Positions 52,612-63,573 of a stretch of 64,000 bases of DNA are shown here, piece after piece (positions within the stretch are counted from its first letter, which is position 1; each line of letters starts with the position of its first letter). The stretch is from an uncultured Chloroflexia bacterium (lineage in GTDB: Bacteria; Chloroflexota; Limnocylindria; Limnocylindrales; CSP1-4): contig CAVWPX010000003.1 in the NCBI GenBank assembly GCA_963757055.1, positions 1,986-65,985 on the forward strand. The letters run 5' to 3'. The position numbers and the translations under genes are program-made. The notes under the pieces are model-generated. The model saw nothing but the letters and a program-made list of their open reading frames with translations, did no database searches and was not told the origin of the DNA.

Positions 52612-53028
52612 ATGGCGACCCGCATCACCCCGGCAGAGCGCTCCACGACGACCGGCCAGCACGCCGGCATGGAGCGCTCGATCGCGATCTCCGCGCCGCG
52701 CGTCGGCAGCGTCCGGCTCTATTCGTCGATCGTCTCGACGGCGCCCGGCGACAAGACCCGGATCCACCACCACGGCGACTGCGAGACGTCGATCTACATC
52801 CTGTCCGGGCGGGCGCGCTACACGTGGGGGCCGACCGGCCTCGAGCACACCATGGATGCCGGCGCCGGCGACTTCGTCTACATCCCCGCGGGCGAGATCC
52901 ACGTCGAGGAGAACGCCTCGACGATCGACCCGCTCGTCGTCGTGCTGACGCGCAACTGTCCCGACTCGTTCGTGGAGTACCTGGACGACGGGCCGCCGGG
53001 CAGCGACGACGTGCCCGCGCCGTGCTGA
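52612..53028 (+). CDS. cupin-domain protein
   Basis: ATG 52612 within the listed 52192..53028 ORF. HHHGDCETSIYILSG and GDFVYIPAGEIHVE. Confidence 0.7.
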   Translation: MATRITPAERSTTTGQHAGMERSIAISAPRVGSVRLYSSIVSTAPGDKTRIHHHGDCETSIYILSGRARYTWGPTGLEHTMDAGAGDFVYIPAGEIHVEENASTIDPLVVVLTRNCPDSFVEYLDDGPPGSDDVPAPC

Positions 53029-53044
53029 CCCCCGCCGCTGGCGC

Positions 53045-54176
53045 GTGACCGACTGGCGCGAGCGGACGGCTCGACGACCTGCTGGCCGAGCACGGCCTGA
53101 GCGGCATCCCCGAACGCCCATTCCCGACCGACGGCTGGTCCGGGTCCACGTTCGGGCTGCTCGAGCGAGGGCAGCGAGCGGTTCGTGCTCAAGCACGCTC
53201 CCCCGCTAACGACTGGATCGTCCGCGCGACTCGGGATGACGACATCCGGGAGGGCTGGCTGGCCGCGACCGCGGTCGACAGCCGTGCCTGGATGAGCCTG
53301 GAGACCAGTCCGCCCTGGGATGTGTACCTCGGGGCCGCCGAGGACCCGTCGGGCGGTGGCGCGGCGATCCTGATGCGCGACGTGTCGACCGAGCTGGCGG
53401 CCTGGGAGCGGCCGGCCCACTCGACGGTCCTGAGCGCCGAGGCGACGGACCGGCTGCTGGACCGGATCGCGCTGCTGCATGCCGTGCCATGGTCGACGGT
53501 CCTCACCCAGGAGGCCGCGCGAGCCGGCGCTGCCGTGCGCCACCCTGGTGTCCGCTCCCCGAACGGCTCACCCTGCTGACGCCGGTCGCGGCCGCCGGCT
53601 ACGCCGCCACGGGCAACCCGGTCGGCGAGATCTTCCTGCGGGGCTGGGACGGGTTCGAGCGTCACGCCCCCGCGGCTGCGTGGGAGCTCGTCGCCCGGCT
53701 TGCGGCGGATCCCGGCGCCGCTCGTGGCCGCGCTGGCCAGCGCCTGCCGGCGCGTCGGGCTCCACGGCGACATCAAGCTCGCCAACGTCGCCCTCCGCGC
53801 CGACGGCGGCGCCAGCTTCATCGACTGGCAGATGACCCTCGAGGCGCCCGTCGCGGTCGAGCTCGGCTGGTTCCTGGTGACGAACAGCGCCGAGCTGCCA
53901 TTCGCCCCGGACGAGGCGCTGCGCCGCTACGTCACGAGCCTGGGCTGGTACGCCGGGCGCTGGGGGGCGGGCACGGGCCGCCATGACCTGGAGGGCCTCG
54001 TCGGCGACTGGGACGCGCAGCTCGACCTGGCCTGGATCGTCGGGCTGCTGCTGCGCGGCTGGCGGAAGGGCGCGGACACCGCCAACGGCGTCACACTGGG
54101 TTCCGGCGTCGCGGCCGCGGACGACCTCGCATGGTGGGCCGAGCGGGCCGTCGAGGCCGCCGGCCGCCGACTCTAG
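53045..54176 (+). pseudogene. phosphotransferase-fold (APH-like) kinase, about 5 frame switches
   Basis: ERFVLKHAPP, NDWIVRATRDD, catalytic loop LHGDIKLANV and FIDWQ. Frames run 2,0,1,0,2,0. One switch is at C run 53200-53204. Confidence 0.55.
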
Positions 54177-54203
54177 GCGACCCGACATCCGAAGGAGGAC
54201 CCG

Positions 54204-54584
54204 ATGCCCAAGACCGTCCCCGAGCTCCCCGGCATCCCGGCCGGGACCCTGCCGTTCAGCAAGGTCGTCGAGGCCAACGGGTTCGTCTTCCTCGCCGGCC
54301 AGGTCGGCGACGTGGCGGGCACGCCGGGCGCCGTCCCGGGCGGCATCGAGGCGGAGACGCGCCAGATGCTCGAGAACGTCGGCGCGCTGCTGCACGCGGT
54401 CGGCCTCGACTACGGCGATGTCGTCAAGGCCACGGTCTACCTCAAGGACTTCGGCGATTTCGCGGCGATGAACGCGATCTACCGCACATACTTCCCGACG
54501 GACCCGCCCACGCGGGCGACCGTCGGCGTGACCGCGCTGGCCGCCGACTTCCGGGTCGAGATCGAGGTGATCGCCGCCCGCTAG
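54204..54584 (+). CDS. RidA/YjgF-family reactive-intermediate deaminase
   Basis: GAAGGAGG before the ATG. Intact 126 aa. GFVFLAGQVG...TVYLKDFGDFAAMNAIY...PTRATVGV. Confidence 0.85.
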   Translation: MPKTVPELPGIPAGTLPFSKVVEANGFVFLAGQVGDVAGTPGAVPGGIEAETRQMLENVGALLHAVGLDYGDVVKATVYLKDFGDFAAMNAIYRTYFPTDPPTRATVGVTALAADFRVEIEVIAAR

Positions 54585-54609
54585 CTCGAGGCGGCGATCA
54601 CCAGCGCGC

Positions 54610-55471
54610 TCAGCGGCGGACGAGGAACTCGTCGATCGCGACCATCGGGTGGCGCTTCGTGCCGAGGACCTGGATCGTCAGCGTGTGGGTGCCCTTGGCC
54701 GACCACGACCGCGAGAACAGCGCCGTGTGGCCGTTGAAGCTCGAGCGGTGCAGGTCCACGGTCCGGACGGCGACGCCGTCGACGAGGATGCGGGCCTTGC
54801 CGCGCGTCGGGCCGACCGGGCCGTACCAGACGATCCGCTTCCCGGTGAAGGTGATGGTCGCCGTGGCCCCGGCCTTCGTCGCGTAGCGGACCGCGCCGCC
54901 GGCGTACCCGCCGTGTCGCGCGCTGTGCCAGCTGCCGTGGTACGCGATGGTGCCGCTGGTCTCGCCGACGTGGCGGAACGAGCTGGACGGCTTCGGCTTG
55001 GCCTTGGCCGCGGTCGGCATCGTCGAGCTCGAGCTCCCGTAGGCGGTCATGACCTTGTCGACATACAGCCGTGCCGAGGCGGACCAGCCGGAGCGTCGCG
55101 TCCGATCCGGTGAGCCACCAGTAGGCGACGCGACGCCAGGATCCCAGCCAGCTGTAGAGGGCCTTGAACTTCCCGGCGGCCACCCGCTCCTGGTTCGCGG
55201 GCGTCTGCGGCGCATGCGCGTTGCCGAGGTAGAGCCTCGCCCAGGCCGGCCAGTTCGACGGCATGATCTGGTACTTGCCGTACGCGCCGGATGAGGCGTT
55301 CTGGGCGGTGTAGCGACCGCCCAATTCGACCTTGGCGATCGCGTTCATGAACCTGGCCAGACCGGGCGGATCCTTGGCGAAGGTCGCGACCGGGGCGACG
55401 GTGGCGAGCAGGATGACCGTCGCCAGCATGGCGATGGAGAGCGCCCGGAGGCGTCGACTCGGGACCGGCAA
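54610..55471 (-). pseudogene. secreted lytic-transglycosylase-like (SLT/lysozyme fold) protein with C-terminal beta module, one frame switch near 55100
   Basis: Signal peptide ...ATVAPVATFA. AKVELGG...GAYGKYQIMPSNW. The C-terminal part is in ORF 54610..55215. Length is 3n+1. Confidence 0.65.
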
Positions 55472-55663
55472 TGCAGCTCCTTCCTACCGGGACGACGCGG
55501 CGGGGCGCGTCGAGCGTCGGCTCGGGCCGGAGCGGAGTGCATGGCTTGGGGGCCGCAGGTATGGGCACTCCGGCGGCGGCCTTGCGGCGGGACACGGTCG
55601 GACCGTATCGGCGCCTGGGGGGAGCCCCAGCCTACCGCCCCGGATGGCCTCCCGGCAAGGCCC

Positions 55664-56188
55664 CTAGACCCGGACCTTCGTTCCCAGGAAGGCCGCCACA
55701 CGGTCCAGCGCATCCTCGAGCACGGGCTTGAGACCGTGGCCCAGGCGCGGATACGTCACCAGCTCCGCGTCACGCAGCAGCGGCACCTTGGCGCGCAGGA
55801 GGTCGATCCGCGCGAACGGGTCGCTCTCGCCCGACAGCAGCAGCACCGGGCACGCGATGGCCGGCCAATGGGCGATCCGGGCGTCGGTCCGCTCGGGGGC
55901 GCCCGGCGGGTGGAGCGGATAGCTGAACAGGATCAGCGCCGCGTACGGCGAGCCGGGTTCGGCTGCGGCGAGGCTGGCGACGCGACCGCCGTAGGAGTGC
56001 CCGCCGACGACCACGTCGGGCTCGGACGGCACCACCACGTGGAACGCGGGGACCGCGTCCTCGGCCTTGCGCTTCGGCAGGTCGATGGCCGTCGCGTCCA
56101 GCCCGCGCTTGCGGAGACCATCCACGAACGGCGCCATGCTCGCGGCCGTCCCGCTCGCGCCGTGTCCCAGGAAGATGCGCGCACCCAT
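55664..56188 (-). CDS. alpha/beta hydrolase (dienelactone-hydrolase/KANL3-like)
   Basis: ATG 56188 (MGARIFLGHGASG). Nucleophile elbow GGHSYGG. The listed ORF starts further upstream. Confidence 0.7.
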   Translation of the reverse strand: MGARIFLGHGASGTAASMAPFVDGLRKRGLDATAIDLPKRKAEDAVPAFHVVVPSEPDVVVGGHSYGGRVASLAAAEPGSPYAALILFSYPLHPPGAPERTDARIAHWPAIACPVLLLSGESDPFARIDLLRAKVPLLRDAELVTYPRLGHGLKPVLEDALDRVAAFLGTKVRV

Positions 56189-56283
56189 CGCGGAAGCGTA
56201 GCCTTGGTGGGCCGTTCGGGTGGCAACGTCATGGTCCGGTCGGGTCATGGCTCGGTCCCGGAGCGGCGGCCATCCTCGGGTAT

Positions 56284-57674
56284 GTGCCACTCGAAGGAGC
56301 CATGCCGATCGCCGCTGTGCGCCGCCGGGTCCGCCGGACCCTCGCCATCCCGCTCGTCCTGACGCTCGCGGGCGTCGCGTCGGCGATCCCGGCGACGGCG
56401 CTCGCAGCCGCGCCGCCGGCGCCCCGCGCCACGGCCCAGGTCACGGTCCCGCCGGGAGCGACCGTCCTCGGCGACACCGTCACGTTCTCCGGACGCGGCT
56501 ATGGCCATGGCGTGGGCCTCTCCCAGTACGGGGCGCGGGGCCGCGCCCTCGACGGCCAGGACGCCGCGACGATCCTCGCCCACTACTACCCGGGCACGAC
56601 GCTCGAGCCGATGCCGGCCAGCCAGATCCGCGTCCTCGTGCTCTCGTCGTTCGCGGCCACGACGGCGAAGCCGCTCGTCCTCTACGGGCGCGCCACCCCC
56701 TGGACCATCGACGGCGTCGCCGGGACGTTCCCGCCCGACGCGAAGCTCCGGCTGATCCCGACGACGACGGTCACGGCCGGCGTCGGACGGACCGTCGTGG
56801 CGGCTCCGGGTCGACTCGGCGACCGGCGCGGTCCTGCTGAACATCCCCGCGAGGAGCGAGATGCTCGATCCGCGCGGGCGGCGCCCACGGCCGGCTGCAG
56901 CTGTGGTCGAAGCCCGGCGCCTACGACACGTATCGCGGGGTCCTGCGGCTGCGACCCGCGACGACCAAGTCCGTCGTCAGCGTCGTCAACGACATCGCGC
57001 TCGACCTGTACCTGCGCGGCGTGGTCCCGGCCGAGATGCCCGTCACCTGGCCGGCGGCCGCGCTCCAGGCGCAGGCCGTGGCCGCGCGCTCGTACGCGGC
57101 CCGGCGACTCCGGCCCGGCGTGTCCTACTACGACATCGTCGACGACAGCCGCGCCCAGGTCTATCGCGGCTCGACCGGCGAGAAGACGGCGTCGAGCGCG
57201 GCGGTCGTCGCGACCACCAGGCTCGTGCTCAAGAGCGGGTCGTCGATCGCGAACGCGCTCTACCACTCGTCCGACGGCGGCGCGACCGAGGACAACGAGA
57301 ACGTCTTCACCTCGCCGACCGGGGCCGTGGTCGCCGGGCCGGTGAGCTACCTGCGCGGCTCGTCGGACCGGCGCGAGGACGGGACCGCCTACGACCGCGG
57401 GGCGCCGTACGCCACGTGGTCCATGCGCTCGTATCCGCGGACCCAGCTGTCCGCCTGGTTCGCGGCGGATCCGCGGACGAACGTCGGCGACCTCGTCGCC
57501 CTCGACCTCACCGACCGCGGCGGCTCCGGCCGGCTCGTCAGCGTCACGCTCATCGGGTCGGCGGGGTCGAAGACGGTGTCCGGCGACGTCTTCCGCACGA
57601 TCCTGAACGCCGCGCGGCCGCCCGCGGACCCGATGCTCCGGAGCACGCTCTTCGACACGTCGCCCATCCCGTAG
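56284..57674 (+). pseudogene. SpoIID/LytB-domain protein (secreted), 2 frame switches (near 56795 and 56865)
   Basis: Signal peptide. GRGYGHGVGLSQYGA. Later LRGVVPAEMPVTWPAAALQAQAVAARSYA and YHSSDGGATEDNENVF in ORF 57021..57674. Length is 3n+2. Confidence 0.75.
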
Positions 57675-57691
57675 CGGCTATCCTCGCGGGC

Positions 57692-58282
57692 ATGCCGAAC
57701 GAGCGCCCGCGCTGCGCCTGGGCCGGCGCCGACGGCCCGAACCCGGATCCCCTGATGGTCGCGTACCACGACCTCGAATGGGGCACGCCGGTCACCGACG
57801 ACGTCGAGCTCTTCGAGCGGCTCGCCCTCGAGTCGTTCCAGGCCGGGCTCTCGTGGTCGACGATCCTGCGCAAGCGCGAGGCGTTCCGCGCGGCGTTCCT
57901 GGGCTTCGACCCGCGGGTGGTCGCGGCCTTCGGCGACGACGACCGGGCCAGGCTCATGGCCGACGCCGGGATCGTGCGCAACGGCGCGAAGATCGACGCG
58001 ACGATCGGCAACGCCAGGGCGCTCCTCGACACGGCCGCCGAGTTCGGCTCGTTCGCGGCGTATCTCGGGTCGATCGTGCCGTCGCCGCCGGCGCGCCTGG
58101 GTCCCGACTCGGCCTCCGGCTCCATGCCCGCGACGACGCCGGTCTCGGACGCGCTCTCGAAGGACCTCCGGCGCCGCGGCTTCCGCTTCGTCGGCTCGAC
58201 GATCGTCTACGCGTTCATGCAGAGCGTCGGGCTCGTCGACGACCACGTCGCGGGCTGTTTCCGGTACCGCGGAGCGTCGTGA
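57692..58282 (+). CDS. tag: DNA-3-methyladenine glycosylase I
   Basis: ATG 57692 within the listed 56861..58282 ORF. AYHDLEWGTPV, FQAGLSWSTILRKREAFR and FVGSTIVYAFMQSVGLVDDH. Confidence 0.85.
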   Translation: MPNERPRCAWAGADGPNPDPLMVAYHDLEWGTPVTDDVELFERLALESFQAGLSWSTILRKREAFRAAFLGFDPRVVAAFGDDDRARLMADAGIVRNGAKIDATIGNARALLDTAAEFGSFAAYLGSIVPSPPARLGPDSASGSMPATTPVSDALSKDLRRRGFRFVGSTIVYAFMQSVGLVDDHVAGCFRYRGAS

Positions 58283-58332
58283 CAGGGTAGGTGTCACAGG
58301 CCCGGTGGAAGGTTCGGCCATCGAACCAAGCC

Positions 58333-58482
58333 ATGGAGACCCTGATGCTCACCACCGATTGCCCCTGGTGCGACGGCCCGATGGCCGTCGACGCGACCTC
58401 GAGCGAGGTCGTCTGCGACGCGTGCGACGTGCACGCGGTCATCGCCCCGGACGTCCCCGCCACGCTGGCCGACGCCGCCTGA
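58333..58482 (+). CDS. possible small zinc-ribbon protein (49 aa)
   Basis: METLMLTTDCPWCDGPMAVDATSSEVVCDACDV has a CxxC...CxxC pattern. No strong SD. Confidence 0.35.
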   Translation: METLMLTTDCPWCDGPMAVDATSSEVVCDACDVHAVIAPDVPATLADAA

Positions 58483-58492
58483 CGTCGCTCCG

Positions 58493-59737
58493 TCAGCTCG
58501 GGCGCAACGCGGGCTGGAGCGTCGCGCGACGCAGCGCGCCCACCGGCGCGAAGACCACGCACACCAGCAGGATCGCGATGCCCATGAGGGCGATCGTCGT
58601 CGAGCCGCTGGTCAGGTCGATGAGCGCGCCGCCCACGAGCAGCCCGACCGGCTGGAGGCCCAGCGAGATCGTGCGGGCCGTGCTGCCGATGCGGCCCAGG
58701 AGCTCGTCCGGGCTGTAGGCCGCCCGCAGCGTCACGTACGTCACGAGCACCATCGACTGGGCGATCCCCGCCGCGACCGCGACGAGCGCCAGGACCGGGA
58801 TCGACGCGACCGTCGAGACGAGCAGCAGCGAGGTGCCGAACAGCACGTTCCCGCCGAAGAGCATCGGCGAGACGGGCCGGCGGCCGCCCCGGCGCGAGAT
58901 GACCAGGGCCCCCGTCACGGTCCCGATCCCGTAGGCCGCCAGGACGATGCCGAGGACCGATGCCGTCTCGCGGAGGTCGCGGGTGATGTGGACGGCCAGG
59001 GCGGTCACGAGCGGCGCGTTGATCACCGACGTCGCGCCCCAGAACAGGATCGCGGCGCGCAGCACCGGCTGGCCGGCGATGTAGTCGATGCCCTCGCGGA
59101 TGTCGGTCAGGAGCCGCTGCCGCGGCCGGTCGACCGGGGCGCGCAGCTCGCGGCGCACGAACAGCAGCCCGAGCGCGGAGAGCGCGAACGACGCGGCGTC
59201 GATCGCGAGCGTGGCACCCGGGCCGATCGTCGTGGCGAGCAGGCCGGCGATCGCCGGGCCGACGATGTAGCCGAGCGAGTAGACCGCCTCGAAGTAGGAG
59301 TTCGCGCGGGCCATCAGCGGGCGCCCGACGAGCCCGGGGACGGACGCGGTGTAGCCGGCCAGGAAGAACGAGCGGAGCACGCTCATCGGTGCCGCGACGA
59401 CCAGGATCACCGCCATCGTCGGCCCGCCGAGGTAGACCGACAGCGGGATCAGCGCGGTCAGGACGGCCCGGCCGAGATCGGCCAGGAACATCATCCGCTT
59501 GCGGTCGTTGCGGTCCGCGAGCGCCCCCGCGACCATCCCGAAGACCAGGTCCGGCAGGGTCTGGAGCGCCCCGACGACGCCCATCGCCAGCCCGGAGCCG
59601 GTCAGGGCCAGGACGAGCAGGGGCAGTGCCGTGAAGCTGACGGCGTCCCCGAGCGACGAGATGCCCTGCGTCGACAGGAGCACCTTGAAGTCGCGGTTGC
59701 GCGACAGCGGTTCCGGATTCGCGTCGCGTTCGGGCAT
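58493..59737 (-). CDS. MFS transporter
   Basis: ATG 59737 (the listed ORF runs on to 59989). 414 aa with about 12 hydrophobic segments. LADRNDRKR loop motif. Confidence 0.8.
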   Translation of the reverse strand: MPERDANPEPLSRNRDFKVLLSTQGISSLGDAVSFTALPLLVLALTGSGLAMGVVGALQTLPDLVFGMVAGALADRNDRKRMMFLADLGRAVLTALIPLSVYLGGPTMAVILVVAAPMSVLRSFFLAGYTASVPGLVGRPLMARANSYFEAVYSLGYIVGPAIAGLLATTIGPGATLAIDAASFALSALGLLFVRRELRAPVDRPRQRLLTDIREGIDYIAGQPVLRAAILFWGATSVINAPLVTALAVHITRDLRETASVLGIVLAAYGIGTVTGALVISRRGGRRPVSPMLFGGNVLFGTSLLLVSTVASIPVLALVAVAAGIAQSMVLVTYVTLRAAYSPDELLGRIGSTARTISLGLQPVGLLVGGALIDLTSGSTTIALMGIAILLVCVVFAPVGALRRATLQPALRPS

Positions 59738-59803
59738 CGATTCGATGGTAGCGGCGCGGTATCGTGTGAGGAACGGGGGATCGGTGGAGTGGAGGAGCAG
59801 CCC

Positions 59804-60477
59804 ATGAACAGCCGCGCGTATCTCGCCGAACTGGTCGGCACGTTCCTGTTCCTGTCGATCGGCTACGCCTCGGTGCCGGCGTTCGCGGCCGCCAGCGCGC
59901 CGACGCCGAACCTGCTGGTCGTCCCCTTCGCCTTCGGCCTCGGCCTGCTCGCGGCGATCTTCGCCTTCGGCCACATCTCGGGCGGGCATTTCAACCCGGC
60001 CGTGACGATCGCGATGGTCCTCGACAAGCGGACGACCCCGATCGACGCCGTCGGCTACATCGCCGCGCAGGTCATCGGCGCGCTCGGCGCCGGGCTGCTG
60101 GTCCTCGTCGACCGTGAGCCAGGACGGCCGTCAAGGACGGCATCACGGCACCCGGGACGGGCATCTCCGACACGGGCGCGCTGATCCTCGAGATCGCGTT
60201 CACGGCGTTCTTCCTGCTCGTGATCCTGGCGTCGACGAAGCGCGCTCCGGCGCTCGCCGCGCTCGCCATCCCGCTCTCGCTGGTCGCGATCCACTTCGGC
60301 ATCGCCACGCTGAGCGGCTCGTCGGTCAACCCGGCCCGCTCGATCGGGTCCGCGGTGGTCGGCGGCGACCTGAGCCACATCTGGATCTACATCGTCGGGC
60401 CGATCGTCGGCGGGATCATCGGCTGGGGCATCTGGCGCCTGGTCGACGGCGGCGAGGACGAGCCCGCGGCCGCGTAG
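59804..60477 (+). pseudogene. MIP/aquaporin-family channel, 2 frame switches near 60110-60130
   Basis: GGAGGAG before ATG 59804. First NPA in HISGGHFNPAVT, second NPA in SGSSVNPARS (ORF 60220..60477). Length is 3n+2. Confidence 0.8.
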
Positions 60478-60523
60478 CTGAGCCGGGCGGCGCGTCCGGC
60501 ACGTCCGGGCGCGCCCGAGCCCG

Positions 60524-61093
60524 CTAGAGATCCTCGAGGCTGAACCGCCGGGCGTTGCCCATCTGACCCCAGACGCGCGCCTGCGTGACGGCGAGCAGCT
60601 GGCGGATGTGGTTCCGGTCGTGGTGGACCCACTCGCCCAGCAGCTCGTCGACGCGGAGGAGCCCCACCTCGGGGTGCAGGCCCTCGCGGGCAAGGTCCGC
60701 CGTGTCGAGGCTGCGCACGAGCGCGATCCCGTCGCCGCGCAGGGACGCGAACTCCGCGGCGAGGTCGGCGGCGTCGCGCAGGTGGTCGCGTCGCTCCGCG
60801 GCGACCGCCGGCGGATCCCAGGCCTCGAGGTCGGGCGGGATGGCCGGGACGCTCCCGCCGGGGCCGCTGGCGACGATCGTCCGGATCCGGCCGGCGAACC
60901 CGCGCCGCTCGGCCTCGATGAGGTGCCCGACGCACTCGTTCGCGCTCCACTCCCCGGGCTCCGGCCGCCAGCCGCCCTCGGGGCCGAGCGCCCGCAGCTC
61001 GGCGACCACGATCGCCGCGCTCGAGGCGAGCAGGTCGGCGATGCTCGCCGCGGGGAGCGCCTCGATCGCCGGGCTGTCCGGGTCGTCGGTCAT
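60524..61093 (-). CDS. DinB-family metal-dependent protein
   Basis: ATG 61093. ECVGHLIEAERR and WVHHDRNHIRQL His ligands. 3' part of the listed 60524..63382 ORF. Confidence 0.7.
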   Translation of the reverse strand: MTDDPDSPAIEALPAASIADLLASSAAIVVAELRALGPEGGWRPEPGEWSANECVGHLIEAERRGFAGRIRTIVASGPGGSVPAIPPDLEAWDPPAVAAERRDHLRDAADLAAEFASLRGDGIALVRSLDTADLAREGLHPEVGLLRVDELLGEWVHHDRNHIRQLLAVTQARVWGQMGNARRFSLEDL

Positions 61094-62284
61094 GGGTTCG
61101 GGTCCTCCGCCGGCGCCGCGGCGGTCGCGGTCGCCGCGGCCGGAGCCGTGCCTCCGGGCCGGACCGCCGCGGCCGGAGCCGTCGCCGCGGCCGGCGCGGT
61201 CGCCACGGCAGGCGTCGCCCGCGAACGGCGGCGACCCCGGCATCACGGGCAGCGATCGTCCGCCTTCGGCGAGCCAGCACGCCGCCGACTGCCCGCCGCC
61301 GACGTCGAAGAGCGGCGGCTCCTCGGTCGTGCAGCGGTCGAACGCCAGCGGGCAGCGCGGATGGAAGCGGCAGCCCGACGGCACCCGCGCGGCATCGGGC
61401 GTCTCGCCGACGAGGATCGTGCGTCGCGGGCCGCCCGCCGCCGGCGGCACCGGCGTCGGCGACACGGACACGAGCGCCGCCGTGTACGGGTGGTGCGGCG
61501 ACTTGATCACGCTGTCCGCCGGCCCGACCTCCATGATCCGCCCGAGGTACATCACCGCGATCCGGTCGGCGATGACCCAGGCGAGCGACAGGTCGTGGGT
61601 GATGAACAGGTAGGTCAGCCCGCGCTCCTGGCGCAGGTCCAGCATCAGGCGGAGCAGCTCGGTGCGGATCGAGACGTCGAGCATCGAGACCGGCTCGTCG
61701 GCGACCACCAGCTCCGGCCCCATCGCCAGGGCTCCCGCGATGACGACGCGCTGGCGCTGCCCGCCCGACAGCTCGTGCGGATAGCGGAAGGCGAAGTCGG
61801 CCGGGAGTCCGGCCGCCTCCAGCGACGCCCGCACGCGCGCCTCGCGGTCCGCGAGCCCCTTCGCGATGCCGTTCACCTCGAGCGGCTCGGCCACGAAGTC
61901 GTGGATGGTCTGCTTCGGGTTCAGCGTCTCGTACGGGTCCTGGAAGATCAGCTGCACCCGCCGGCGGTAGCCGCGGAGCGCCTTGGTCCCCCACAGCGAC
62001 GTGACATCGACGCCATCGAAGGTGATCGTCCCCGCGGTCTGGCGCGTGAGCTTGACGATCACGCGGCCGGCGGTCGTCTTGCCGGAGCCCGACTCGCCGA
62101 CCAGCCCCAGCACCTCGCCGCGCTGGATGTGGAGGTCGATCCCGTCGACGGCGCGGACCGCGCCACGAGGGCGCCGCTGGAGCGTGTCCATGACGCCGCC
62201 CCGGATCGGGAAATGGACCTGCAGCCCCTTGACCTCGATCAGCGGCGCGCCCGCGGACCGGACGCCCGTCGCCTGGTCCGTCAT
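61090..62284 (-). pseudogene. oligopeptide/dipeptide ABC transporter ATP-binding protein (OppF-like), probable frame switch near 61200
   Basis: ATGA overlap with the upstream ATPase gene. GESGSGKTT, LSGGQRQR, CRFHPRCP. As assembled it runs in frame into the DinB gene. The +1 frame gives an Ala/Pro/Thr tail ending in a TGA that overlaps the DinB ATG. Confidence 0.7.
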
Positions 62285-63573
62285 GCCGTCGCCGCCGGCG
62301 CCGCGGTCGTCACGACCGGGATCTCCGGCACGCCCGGCGTCCGCACGCGGGCGGCCACGTCGGCCGCGCTGATGAGCACCGCGCCGTTCTGCCCGGGCTG
62401 GTGGAGGTGGCACGCGACCCGCACGCCGTCCGGGAACACGACCTCGGGCGGGACGACCTCGCGGCAGACCGCCATCGCCATGGGACAGCGCGGGTGGAAG
62501 CGACAGCCGGGGGGCGGATCCCGCAGGTCCGGCGGCTGGCCCGGGATCGTGTCGAGGCTCCGGCGGTCGGCCTGGATGTTCGGGAAGGCCCCCAGCAGCT
62601 TCTGCGTGTAGGGATGCCGGGGGGCCGTGAAGATCCGGCTGACCGGCCCCTCCTCCGCCACCTTGCCCGCGTACATGATCAGGGTCCGGTCGCAGGTCTC
62701 CGCGATGACCGAGAGGTCGTGCGTGATGAGGATCAGCGACAGCCCGAGCTCGCGGCGCAGCCGCTCGAGCAGCTCGAGGATCTGCGCCTGGACCATGACG
62801 TCGAGCGCCGTCGTGGGCTCGTCCCCGATGACGAGGGCCGGGTCGCAGGCGAGCGCCATCGCGATCATCGCCCGCTGGCGCATGCCGCCCGACAGCTCGT
62901 GCGGGTACGCGCCGGCGCGCTTGCGCGGGATGCCCACCAGCTCGAGCAGCTCCCCGGCCCGCTGCTTGGCGTGCTCCTTCGAGTCGCCGAGGCGGATCTC
63001 GATGGGCTCGGCGATCTGCTCGCCGACGCGACGGACCGGGTTGAGCGCGTTCATCGCGCCCTGGAACACGATGCTGATCTCGCGCCAGCGGTAGCGGCGC
63101 AGCTGGTCCTCGGTCTTGGGCACGAGGTCGATGCCGAACAGCTCGATGCTGCTGCCCTTGCGGATGCGGGCGTTGGGCGGCAGCAGCCGGACCAGCGACA
63201 GCGCCGTCGTGGTCTTCCCGCAGCCGGACTCCCCGGCCAGCCCGAGCGCCTCGCCGTCGTTGAGCCGGAAGCTGACCCCGTCGACCGCCTTGACCCAGCC
63301 GGACTCGAGCTTGAAGTGCGTCCGCAGGTCCTTGACGACCAGCAGCGGGGCGCCGGGATCGGCCTGCTTCGGGAGCGGCCACTGGCGCCGTCCGCGGATC
63401 GCCGCGAGGTCGACCGCGTCGCCCAGCCGGGCGGCCCGGGCCGCGCTCTCGGCGGCGAGCGCCTCTTCGGCGAGGATCTCGGCCTGACGGGCGGCCTCCG
63501 GGTCGTCGGCCGCGGCGACGTCGTCGGCATGCAGGTCGCCGGCGAGCCGCAGCTCCTCGCGCGGGTCGGTCAT
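62281..63573 (-). CDS. oligopeptide/dipeptide ABC transporter ATP-binding protein (OppD-like)
   Basis: ATG 63573 (ATGA overlap with the permease gene). GESGCGKTT, LSGGMRQR, CRFHPRCP. Intact 430 aa. Confidence 0.85.
   Translation of the reverse strand: MTDPREELRLAGDLHADDVAAADDPEAARQAEILAEEALAAESAARAARLGDAVDLAAIRGRRQWPLPKQADPGAPLLVVKDLRTHFKLESGWVKAVDGVSFRLNDGEALGLAGESGCGKTTTALSLVRLLPPNARIRKGSSIELFGIDLVPKTEDQLRRYRWREISIVFQGAMNALNPVRRVGEQIAEPIEIRLGDSKEHAKQRAGELLELVGIPRKRAGAYPHELSGGMRQRAMIAMALACDPALVIGDEPTTALDVMVQAQILELLERLRRELGLSLILITHDLSVIAETCDRTLIMYAGKVAEEGPVSRIFTAPRHPYTQKLLGAFPNIQADRRSLDTIPGQPPDLRDPPPGCRFHPRCPMAMAVCREVVPPEVVFPDGVRVACHLHQPGQNGAVLISAADVAARVRTPGVPEIPVVTTAAPAATA

Noticed and set aside
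61131-61183. Direct repeat cgccgcggccggagccgt x2 between OppF and DinB, considered as a regulatory repeat.
   Set aside because: It lies in the coding tail of OppF and translates, in the likely correct frame, to a repetitive Ala/Pro/Thr linker (APAAATAPAAA). It is low-complexity coding sequence.
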